Assembly: GCA_038213315.1 (NCBI GenBank)
Contig: JBBQTJ010000008.1
Span: 1-26,611, forward strand
DNA length: 26,611 nucleotides
DNA from: Planctomycetota bacterium
GTDB taxonomy: Bacteria > Planctomycetota > UBA11346
Direction of reading: 5' to 3'
Both the position numbers and the translations under genes were made by a program. Each line of letters starts with the position of its first letter. Position 1 is the first letter of the stretch. This document shows, piece by piece, positions 1 to 8,069 of the stretch. The notes under the pieces are model-generated. The model saw nothing but the letters and a program-made list of their open reading frames with translations. It did not search any database and was not told where the DNA came from.

Positions 1-1049
1 CCGTAGAGGCGGGAACAAGGTTGGTCCAAACGTTCGTAGGCCATGGCGCAGATGGGTTGGCCGTGGCGCAGGATGAGGTCGTCTTGATGGGGGCGGACTT
101 CCAGGACGGCGATCGAGCCGACCGTGCGACCGGCCGTATCCAGGCCCCAGCCGGGGTCGAAGAAACCGGCGTAATGGGCGCGGAATTCCCCGGCAGTGGG
201 ATCGAAGGGCACCATTTCGCAGGCCAGGTCAGCAGGGACGGCGACGCGCTCGCGGGTGCACAGGATGTAGAAATGGTCCTGTTCCAGAAACAGCAGACCT
301 GAATCGGGGCGGTGGATCGGCGCGAAGAAATCGGCTGGACGGTGCTTGCCGATGGCGGTCAGCACCAGGGGCTGGTGAGTGCGTTTGGCGATGTAGCCCA
401 CCACTGGTCGATCCAGGTCGGCGGTCATGACCAGGCGGCCATCGAAGATCCGCTCGGCGGGACTGGGCCGGCCATCAGGCTCGTACATCAGCGGCGTGGC
501 GGCGTGGCGCCGGGCCAGGGCCAGCTGATCCAGCAGCGAGCGGTCGCGGAAGAAGATCGCCTGGTTCAGGCTGACCCCAGCCTGGGCAACCACGTTGAAG
601 CTGCGCGGGATCAGCTCTAACCACAGTTCGCCGTGATAGCCCGCCGGGATGCGGTCATAGCGCGGGCTGCCGTCGGCCAGCACGCGGGTGGCCAGATCGA
701 CGCGCCCGGTTGAGCTCTTCCCATTGGCGTAGGCCTCGATGCCCGCGGGCAGGGCGCAGGATTCCATCAAGCGCACCAGATAGACCTGGCCTCGGCCCAG
801 GCTGGCCGGCCGTGACAGGTCGACCCGCTCAAGCGCCAAGTTTTCGACCAGGGTGCGGACGCGTTCACCGGCCACCGGCAGGATCGAGCCGGGCATGCGC
901 CAGGCCTCGACCGACAGGCGCAGGTCCAGGCTGCTGGGTTGGACCAGCTCGGCCGGGATGCCGCCCTCGGCACTGACGTGTCCGCCGGCCAGCAGGGCCG
1001 CCAGGCCAGCGATTTCAAAGGTGCCGGTGCCGGCGAGGGGGTCGACCAT
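1..1049 (-). CDS. dcd: 2'-deoxycytidine 5'-triphosphate deaminase, long (~360 aa) form; C-terminus cut off by the window edge
   Basis: Reverse-strand ORF running off the window start (not in the ORF track because it has no stop). Translation begins MVDPLAGTGTFEIAGL from ATG at 1049..1047. Contains IPAGYHGELWLE and YAGFFDPGWG, which resemble dUTPase/dCTP-deaminase-fold motifs, and is collinear with long-form DCD family proteins. No clear SD upstream. Confidence 0.6.
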   Translation of the reverse strand, partial: MVDPLAGTGTFEIAGLAALLAGGHVSAEGGIPAELVQPSSLDLRLSVEAWRMPGSILPVAGERVRTLVENLALERVDLSRPASLGRGQVYLVRLMESCALPAGIEAYANGKSSTGRVDLATRVLADGSPRYDRIPAGYHGELWLELIPRSFNVVAQAGVSLNQAIFFRDRSLLDQLALARRHAATPLMYEPDGRPSPAERIFDGRLVMTADLDRPVVGYIAKRTHQPLVLTAIGKHRPADFFAPIHRPDSGLLFLEQDHFYILCTRERVAVPADLACEMVPFDPTAGEFRAHYAGFFDPGWGLDTAGRTVGSIAVLEVRPHQDDLILRHGQPICAMAYERLDQPCSRLY

Positions 1050-1199
1050 GGGCGGGGGATGATGGGTGGCGGCGACGGCGGCCAAGGGGCGCTGTGCGCA
1101 AGGGTTGTTGGGGCGGTGCCTATCGTACCTGTCGAAGGTGGACTGCTGCGACCATTGCAGCCGGTATAAAAACCTGCTACAGCGTAACACGGAGTTCCC

Positions 1200-2342
1200 A
1201 TGCGTTCCGGAGCCATCGTTGTCTTGTTGGCCGTCACCGTACCTGCGTATGCGCTGTCGTTGAGTGACAAGACAGTCACGGTCGACGTGGTGGCCGATCT
1301 GCAGATCCGCGCCGGGGTGGCCAATGGCACCGCGCCGGATGGCGATGATTTCGATGTTGAGCGGGCGCGGGCGGGGCGGGGCGACGACCTGGACCTGACC
1401 CTGCCCCTGGTCCGCTTGGGACTGGTGGGCTCGGTACGTCGGGATTGGCGTTTCGCGATTGGCTTCCAATCTGTGGATGTTGATGCCGGTGGCACCGGGC
1501 AGAACCGCGCGGTCGCACTTTGGCAGGCCTGGGTCGGGCGGTCTTGGAAAGATGGCGATCAGGCGCATGCCTTAGCATTTGGCCTTGATGACTGCGTGGT
1601 CAATCGCGCCGGTACTGGCGTGCGTGTACGGATCTTCCCGACGCCCCGGCCCTGTGCCCAGTTCCTGCCCGAGCAAGGCGTCGGCGTGCGCTATGCCTGG
1701 ACTGGACCCGGCTGGACCTGGTCGGTCGACCTGGAGAACAACACCGGCGCCAATCGGCCGGTGGTGAATGCTTATGAAGGCGACTCGGTCTTCCTGGGCA
1801 CCCGCCTGGAGTGGACCTCGAGTACGAAGCCGATGCCGTGGAAGGAGTCCTATCTCGGCGAGTTGGGCAGCGGCGTGATCCTAGCGGGCTTAGCCGCCAT
1901 CGACCAGTCGGTGCAGGCAGATCCTGCCGGGGCCGTCGACACCGTGGTCTTGGGCGGCGAGGCCCTGGTCCATGTGGATGGCCTGACGGTGCTGGGCGAT
2001 GCCACCTGGCGGCAGCAAGACGGTCCCGCCGAGAAAAACGGCATGATTCTGGGCATCCAGGCCGGTTGGTGCCGTCCATTTCTTGATGGAATGTGGATCG
2101 AGCCGGCCATCCGCGTCAACCTGATCGACCTCGATTCCGGCACCGACGAGGCTTCCGCCTACACCGATGCGGGCGGCCCCGGGGCCCCGTACGGCGCCTC
2201 CGGCTGGCAAGGTGACGCCGGCGTCACCTGGTACGTTTCCGGGCACAGCCAAAAGGTGCAACTCTCCTACACGCGCTGGCAAGCCGAAGCGGAATCGGGT
2301 CGGGCGGATATCTTGCGGTTGCAGTACGGGTTGAATTTCTGA
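1200..2342 (+). CDS. outer-membrane beta-barrel porin (possibly OprO/OprP-like), signal peptide present
   Basis: 380-aa ORF. The N-terminus MRSGAIVVLLAVTVPAYALS is a typical Sec signal peptide. The C-terminus ends ...LQYGLNF (terminal Phe, an OM beta-barrel signature). Alternating amphipathic segments, rich in G/D/W/Y. GGAG SD 7 nt upstream of the ATG. Divergent from dcd. Confidence 0.6.
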   Translation: MRSGAIVVLLAVTVPAYALSLSDKTVTVDVVADLQIRAGVANGTAPDGDDFDVERARAGRGDDLDLTLPLVRLGLVGSVRRDWRFAIGFQSVDVDAGGTGQNRAVALWQAWVGRSWKDGDQAHALAFGLDDCVVNRAGTGVRVRIFPTPRPCAQFLPEQGVGVRYAWTGPGWTWSVDLENNTGANRPVVNAYEGDSVFLGTRLEWTSSTKPMPWKESYLGELGSGVILAGLAAIDQSVQADPAGAVDTVVLGGEALVHVDGLTVLGDATWRQQDGPAEKNGMILGIQAGWCRPFLDGMWIEPAIRVNLIDLDSGTDEASAYTDAGGPGAPYGASGWQGDAGVTWYVSGHSQKVQLSYTRWQAEAESGRADILRLQYGLNF

Positions 2343-2492
2343 AGGGCTGATGCGGACAGGCAGGGATAGTTGCGGGCCAGGGACCGTGCCCACGCGATTG
2401 TACGGTAGGCGCCGATATTTCAGACCATGCGTAACGGCTTGAAGGGTAACATTTCGTAGACTTTTACCCGTTCCCGCCACGTTGCCTTCCCC

Positions 2493-5396
2493 ATGCCCCT
2501 TGCTCATCTTGCCGCTGGTCACGCCTTGGTCCGTCTTGCCGCTGCCGTGCCCGAACGGGTCGCTGGTTGGGACGCCATCCTGGTCACGGCGGCCAGCCCC
2601 CAGCAGGCGGCGCTCTATCGGCTGCAACTGACCCGCGCCCGGGCCCGCGGCTTGCTGGCGGCCACCTGCCTGGACCTGGTGGTGCCGGATCCGGCGGGCA
2701 AACGCATCGGTAGTGGCGGCGCAACCCTGGGCGCCTTGCGCGCCTTGCAGGCCGCGGTGCCCGGTGACTGGACGGCCAAACGGGTGCTGCTGATCCACGC
2801 TGGTGGCGACAGCCGTCGGCTCCCCTGGGCCAATGTCATCGGCAAGCTCTTCGTGCCCTTTCCGTTGCTGGCCCCGGCAGAAGTGCCCCTGACCCTCTTC
2901 GATCACCTGCTCGCCATCGCTGCCCACGCGGCCCAGGCCATGCCAGCGGGGGGGCTGCTGACCCTGACCGGCGATGTACTGCCGCTGTTCGCCGCGGAGC
3001 GGATGCGTCCGCCGGTCGATGGGGGATTGGTTGTCACCGCGCCCACGCCGTTGGATCTGGCCAGCCGTCATGGGGTGATCCATGCCGGCGCGGATGGCTT
3101 GGTGCAGGATCTGCTGCAGAAGGCGACCCCGGCTCAATTGCAGACCTCGGGCGCGCTGGTGGGCGGTGCGGCGTTGTTGGACACCGGGGTTTATGCGTTC
3201 TTCGGTGGCGCTTTCAGCGGTCTGCTCCGCCTTGCGGCGCGCGCTGCCGATCCGGTGGCCGAGCTGGTCGCCAGCGGCAAAGAGATGAGCCTCTATGAAG
3301 AGATGGCCGCTGGCCTGGTGCCGCGCCGTCATGCCTGGCTTGAGGGACGCCCCCTCGGCGCAGAACTGCGCGGCGCCTTGCAGGGCTTTCCCCTGGTCGA
3401 GCACCGCGATGCCGAGTTTCGTTTCGTGCACCTGGGCACCACTGCCGAAGCGCTGGAGCATTTGCAGGATGACTGGGAGGGCCGCATGTCCCGCCGGGTG
3501 CTCTGCGAATGCGGACCCGCAGTTGACGATGGTGCGGTGATCGCCGCCAGTCTGCTCGACAGCGGCGCGGCGGTGGGCGCGGGTAGCCTGGTCTATGGTT
3601 CACATCTGGGTGGCCGCGTGGCGGTGGGCGCCCGCGCCGTGGTGCTGGGCGTGGACGTGCCGGATGCGCCCCTGCGCGTGCCGGACCACGCCTGCCTGTG
3701 GCAGGTGCCCCTGGCTGGTGGCGATCAGGTGGTGTCGGTGTGCTGCGGCGTCGACGATAATCCCAAGGACCTCTTCCCGGAATCCAGCTTCCTGGGCGAA
3801 CCGATGCCGGCGTGGCTTGATCGGCATGGCATCACCGCGGACGAGATCTGGCCGGCCGGCACCGCCAAGACCCTGTGGGATGCCCAGCTTTTCCCGGTCA
3901 TGCCGCGTCCGGCGGATGCGGGGTTGATGTCCTGGCTGTTGGCCGCCGCCCCCGCTGCCGGCCCGCTTGCCTGGCGGGCCTGCGAACGCCTCAGTCTGGC
4001 CCAGATCCACCGTCGCCTCGATCCCGATGCCGTGGTCGCCCGTCACGAAGAGCTGACCGGGCGCCTGGCCGTGCGTGGTGCGCTGAACGTGCTGGAGCAC
4101 GCCCTGGATCGGGACGTGTCGGCCATGGCGGCGCAGCTGACCCTGCCGCACCTGCGTCACGCCCTGGGGGCCTTGGCCGACGCGGGCGGCAGCGGTGAGG
4201 GCGTACCCGCCAGCCGCCGCCTGCAGGTGCGCGCCGATCTGCTGGCGGCCGGTGGGCAGCAGGCCCGTGCCGAGGCCACCAGTGACGAAGCCATGCGGGC
4301 CGTGCAGGCCGCGGTCACCGCCGCCATTGCTGATCGGCCGGTCGCACCGGTCAGCGGGGTGGACCCTGGCAGCCGGGCGACGCGCGAGCTGCCGGTGCGT
4401 TTCGACCTGGCCGGTGGCTGGACCGACACGCCACCGTATTGCCTGGAGCGGCCAGCGCGGGTGGTGAACCTAGCCATGTCCCTGGGCGGCCAATTGCCGG
4501 TGGGTGCCGAGGTGCAGGCCCTGGCCGAACCGCGCTTCGAACTGCTCATCGAAGGCGGCCCCAGTCGTACCATCAGCGATGCGCAGGAACTCGCCAACAT
4601 CACCCTGGCCGATACCCATGTGCTGCTGGTCACCGCCCTGGCGGTGTGCGGCTACGGCGACGGCCAGGGCATCACCCAGGGCTGTCGCGTACGCACCTGG
4701 TCGCACGTGCCGCGGGGCAGCGGTCTGGGTGGCAGTTCGATCCTGGCCGCGGCCTTGGTGGCCGCCTTGCAGCGTCTGGCCGGCCGCCCCGACGATCCAC
4801 GCACGGTCAGCGATCTGGTGTTGGTGCTCGAACAGCGCATGACCACCGGTGGCGGCTGGCAGGATCAGGTCGGCGCGTTGTGGCCCGGCATCAAGGCGAT
4901 CAGCAGTGTCCCGTCCCGCCCGCTGACGGTGCGCGTCGAGCCCATCACTGTGCCGGCTGCGGCGCGCCTTGCCCTAGAGCAGCGCCTGGTGCTGGTGTTC
5001 ACCGGCCAAGAGCGCCTGGCCAAGAACGTGCTTCAGATGGTGGTGCGCGGCTATCTGCGCCGCGACGGCCGGGTGCTGGCCGCCCTGCGCAACCTCGCTG
5101 GCCTGGCTGGGGATGCCCAGCAAGCCCTCAGCCTGGGCAATCTGGACTCCCTCGGCGGCATCCTCAAAGAGGTCTGGCACGCTCATCAGCAGCTTGATCC
5201 CCACTGCTCGAATCCGGCGGTGGATGCCATGTTTCGGGCCGTCGAGGACCTTGCCGTCGGTGGCAAGCTGGCCGGCGCGGGCGGCGGCGGCTTCCTGGGC
5301 GTGCTGGCCAAAGACGCCGAGTCGGCCCAGCGCATCGCCGGCCTGTTGCCGCAACGCTTCCCTGGCGTGCGGGTTTATCCGTGGGCGGTGGCTTAG
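2493..5396 (+). CDS. bifunctional L-fucokinase / fucose-1-phosphate guanylyltransferase (Fkp)-like protein, 967 aa
   Basis: The N-terminal half carries KRIGSGGATLGAL, matching the fucokinase-family nucleotidyltransferase motif (compare human FUK VGSGGATLNAL), and WDAILVTA. The C-terminal half carries the GHMP-kinase signature PRGSGLGGSSILAAALVAAL and a C-terminal GHMP fold. Architecture is collinear with Bacteroides Fkp. Confidence 0.8.
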   Translation: MPLAHLAAGHALVRLAAAVPERVAGWDAILVTAASPQQAALYRLQLTRARARGLLAATCLDLVVPDPAGKRIGSGGATLGALRALQAAVPGDWTAKRVLLIHAGGDSRRLPWANVIGKLFVPFPLLAPAEVPLTLFDHLLAIAAHAAQAMPAGGLLTLTGDVLPLFAAERMRPPVDGGLVVTAPTPLDLASRHGVIHAGADGLVQDLLQKATPAQLQTSGALVGGAALLDTGVYAFFGGAFSGLLRLAARAADPVAELVASGKEMSLYEEMAAGLVPRRHAWLEGRPLGAELRGALQGFPLVEHRDAEFRFVHLGTTAEALEHLQDDWEGRMSRRVLCECGPAVDDGAVIAASLLDSGAAVGAGSLVYGSHLGGRVAVGARAVVLGVDVPDAPLRVPDHACLWQVPLAGGDQVVSVCCGVDDNPKDLFPESSFLGEPMPAWLDRHGITADEIWPAGTAKTLWDAQLFPVMPRPADAGLMSWLLAAAPAAGPLAWRACERLSLAQIHRRLDPDAVVARHEELTGRLAVRGALNVLEHALDRDVSAMAAQLTLPHLRHALGALADAGGSGEGVPASRRLQVRADLLAAGGQQARAEATSDEAMRAVQAAVTAAIADRPVAPVSGVDPGSRATRELPVRFDLAGGWTDTPPYCLERPARVVNLAMSLGGQLPVGAEVQALAEPRFELLIEGGPSRTISDAQELANITLADTHVLLVTALAVCGYGDGQGITQGCRVRTWSHVPRGSGLGGSSILAAALVAALQRLAGRPDDPRTVSDLVLVLEQRMTTGGGWQDQVGALWPGIKAISSVPSRPLTVRVEPITVPAAARLALEQRLVLVFTGQERLAKNVLQMVVRGYLRRDGRVLAALRNLAGLAGDAQQALSLGNLDSLGGILKEVWHAHQQLDPHCSNPAVDAMFRAVEDLAVGGKLAGAGGGGFLGVLAKDAESAQRIAGLLPQRFPGVRVYPWAVA

Positions 5397-5511
5397 GAGT
5401 GCCCGCTCGCCAGCATGGGAACCTTGCGTCGCGCCTGAACTGGCGACCAACGGGTTAATGATAATGCTCTACGATTGCAGAGTCTGCGACCCCATCTAAC
5501 CTTCCGTTCTT

Positions 5512-8052
5512 GTGCTTGCCAGGATCACTGAAAAACGCCTGTTGATCGTTCGGTGGCTGCTGCTACTGGCCTGGTGCGGACTCATCGCCGGGCTGCTGAC
5601 CATGCCGACGTTGCCGTTCCTCACGCTCTGGTGGTCAGCGGCCATTCCCGCCTTCCTGCTGTGCGTGCTTGTGCTTGGGCACGACACTTGGCGGCGGATC
5701 TGCCCACTGTCGGCCCTGAACCAGGTGCCGCGCCTGCTCGGCATCGGCCGGACGACGAAGGTGGCCGCCGGCTCGTGGCTGTCGCGGCATGCGCTGATGG
5801 TGCAGTTCACCGTGCTGACTGCCTGCGTGGTCCTGCGCCTGACCGTCCTCAACCAGTCGAGCGAGGCCCTGGGCATCTTCCTCATCGCCCTCCTGGGCAC
5901 GGCCCTGCTGGTCGGCTTCCTGGCGGGCGGCAAGTCCTGGTGCCACTTTGCCTGCCCGCTGGCGCCGGTGCAGATGGTTTACAGCGGTCCGCGCGGACTG
6001 CTGGCCACGCCGGCGGCCCTGGGCGGCAGCGGGCCCGGCCTGAGCCAAAGCATGTGCCGCAACGTCCGCGACGAACCGACCTGCGTGGCCTGCCACGCGC
6101 CCTGCCCGGACATCGACCTCGAAAAAAGTTATTGGGAGCAGCTCGAAGGGTTTGAGCGCCGCGCGGTGGTCTATGGCTATTTGGGATTGGCGGCCGGTTA
6201 CGTGATCCATGTGCGCGGCGCGCTGCCGATTTTCTGGGCGGGGCCGGTGGTGGTGGCGGCGATCCTGCTTGCCATCGGTGCGGGTGCGCTGCTGGAGCGA
6301 GCTTTGCGCGCCGGCGAGGCTACCCGCCACCGCCTGATGACCCTGGCGACGGTGCTGGCCTTCGGTCTGCTTATCGCTGGCGCGCTGCTGCCCTCCCTGC
6401 CCCAGGGCCTGCGCCTGCCGGTCGCGGCACTGACGTCGGCCGCCGCCGCGACCTGGAGCTGGAACGTGTGGCGCCGCACGCGCCGGCTGTGGCAGCGCGA
6501 GGCCATGGCCTCGGTGTTCCGCCGCCGCCTGGCCGAGCTGCCGCTGGACCTGTCGCCGCACCTCGATGGCCGGACCTTGGACCAGCTCTCCACCGACGAG
6601 GTCGGGGTGTTGGCCGCGGTGCTGCCCGGACTCAACCAAAGCCTGCGCCAGCGCCTCTACCAGGGCGTGCTCACCGACGCCGCCGCGGCTGGCCAGCTCG
6701 GCTCGGCGGACGGCGACGCCATGCTCGGGCGGTTGCGTAGCCAGCTGCACATCCCCGACGACCAGCACGAACTGCTGGTGGCAGCCCTACCCACCGCCGG
6801 CTCGATCAAGCGCCTGGATAGCTACCGGCAGGCGGTGGAGCGGCTGGTCCTGGACGGCCTGTCCGAAGGTGAAGCCCTGGATGAGGCGATCGAGCGCCGT
6901 CGCGAATCGCTGAGCCAGCTGCGGGCCGCCTATAGCGTCACCGACGAGGAGCAGGAGCAGGTGGTCTTTGCCTTGGTCAACGGCGATGGCCTGATCGGCC
7001 GTGCCGGCTCCTCGCTGCTGGCCGAGCTTGAACGGCTGTGCGCCGCGCGGGCGGCCCTGGGCACGGCGGGCGCCGAGGGCTTCCTGCGCGCCCACCTGGA
7101 CGAGCGCGGCCGGGCCCTGGCCACGCAGTTCAACGGGGTGCAGGCCGCGCTCGGAACCAGCGCCGCTGGCCAGGCCCTGGCCGTGGCCCGCACCGCCGCG
7201 GCCATCGACCCCGACCTGGTACCCGGCGCGTCGGGCCGCATCGCGCCCCTGGCCGTGGCCGAGGTCCGCACGCTCCTGGGCGGGGACGCGGATCCGATCG
7301 TCGCGGCTGTCGCCCGCCAACCGACCAGCCCGGCGGTGGTCCTGCGCCTGGCCCTGGCGGGCGAGGACGTGCCGTGCCGGGAAGCCACCGCACGCATCGG
7401 CCGCGATCCCGCCTCGACCGTGGTGGTCACCCATCCCCAGGCCAGCCGCAACCACTGCCTGGTCGGGCTGGATGCGGATGGCGCCTGGCTCCACGATCTG
7501 GGCAGCGGCAACGGCACCCTGGTCGACGGCCGTCTGGTGCGCGGGGCGCGGGTGCGGTTGCGCGCCAATGCGGTGATCCGCATCGGCAGCGACGGCCCCA
7601 GCTTGGCCGTAGGTGCGCGCGACTACGTGCCCAGCGACCGGGTAGACCTTTTTCTCGCCCTGCGCGCTTCGGCCTTGGGCACGCTGCCACAGGCCGTGCT
7701 GTGGGACCTGGCCGAGGTCTCCGCCCTGCGCTTGGAGTCGGCCGGCACCCGGCTGATAGAGGAGGGCGCGCCGGTCTGGTCGCTGCTGGTGCTGGTCGGC
7801 GGCACGGCAGTGGCGACCAGTGGCGGCCGGACGGTGGGCGAGATCGCCGTTGGCGAGACCATCGGGGAACTGGCCCTGATCAGCGAGCAATCGGCCGCGG
7901 TCACGGTGACCGCGGTCACCGCCTGCACGACGCTGGCCATCCCCGGGATCAGGGTCGCCAGCCTGCTGGCCCGCCATCCCGGCGTGGCCACCGCTCTGCT
8001 CATGCTTACTGGTCGACGTCTTGCCAGCGCTGCAATTGCGGCTAACGACTAA
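5512..8052 (+). CDS. multidomain membrane protein: NapH/MauN-like polyferredoxin (COG0348-type) N-terminal domain + helical linker + FHA domain + C-terminal cyclic-nucleotide-binding (CAP-family) domain
   Basis: 846-aa ORF with a GTG start at 5512 (start uncertain; an internal Met lies at 5602). Multiple TM helices carry the Cys motifs RICPLSAL, GKSWCHFACPLAP and MCRNVRDEPTCVACHAPCPD (a CxxCxxxCP 4Fe-4S-type motif). The FHA core is RIGRDPASTVVV...NHCLVGLDADGAWLHDLGSGNGTLVDGRLV (about 7370-7660). The cNMP-binding core is GETIGELALISEQ near the C-terminus (about 7660-8040). Confidence 0.75.
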   Translation: MLARITEKRLLIVRWLLLLAWCGLIAGLLTMPTLPFLTLWWSAAIPAFLLCVLVLGHDTWRRICPLSALNQVPRLLGIGRTTKVAAGSWLSRHALMVQFTVLTACVVLRLTVLNQSSEALGIFLIALLGTALLVGFLAGGKSWCHFACPLAPVQMVYSGPRGLLATPAALGGSGPGLSQSMCRNVRDEPTCVACHAPCPDIDLEKSYWEQLEGFERRAVVYGYLGLAAGYVIHVRGALPIFWAGPVVVAAILLAIGAGALLERALRAGEATRHRLMTLATVLAFGLLIAGALLPSLPQGLRLPVAALTSAAAATWSWNVWRRTRRLWQREAMASVFRRRLAELPLDLSPHLDGRTLDQLSTDEVGVLAAVLPGLNQSLRQRLYQGVLTDAAAAGQLGSADGDAMLGRLRSQLHIPDDQHELLVAALPTAGSIKRLDSYRQAVERLVLDGLSEGEALDEAIERRRESLSQLRAAYSVTDEEQEQVVFALVNGDGLIGRAGSSLLAELERLCAARAALGTAGAEGFLRAHLDERGRALATQFNGVQAALGTSAAGQALAVARTAAAIDPDLVPGASGRIAPLAVAEVRTLLGGDADPIVAAVARQPTSPAVVLRLALAGEDVPCREATARIGRDPASTVVVTHPQASRNHCLVGLDADGAWLHDLGSGNGTLVDGRLVRGARVRLRANAVIRIGSDGPSLAVGARDYVPSDRVDLFLALRASALGTLPQAVLWDLAEVSALRLESAGTRLIEEGAPVWSLLVLVGGTAVATSGGRTVGEIAVGETIGELALISEQSAAVTVTAVTACTTLAIPGIRVASLLARHPGVATALLMLTGRRLASAAIAAND

Positions 8053-8069
8053 CAGGAAACCATGGTCCC

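Noticed and set aside
1050-1199. Promoter call in the dcd/porin divergent intergenic region (TTGCAG..TATAAA)
   Set aside because: The -35/-10 spacing does not fit (4 nt or about 20 nt). Too weak to report as a feature.
767-1495. 242-aa minus-strand ORF spanning the dcd/porin divergent region
   Set aside because: Pro/Ser/Arg-rich, overlaps both real genes in the wrong frame. Artefact.
1890-3461. 523-aa minus-strand ORF (with others: 5635..6768 -, 6787..8091 -, 8412..9698 -, 18592..19692 -, 7038..8045 +, 17394..18362 +, 25075..25860 -)
   Set aside because: All lie antisense or out of frame to ORFs with strong domain signatures. Their translations are Arg/Gly/Pro/Ala-rich low-complexity strings typical of stop-poor alternative frames in about 68% GC DNA. 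No motifs, no RBS.
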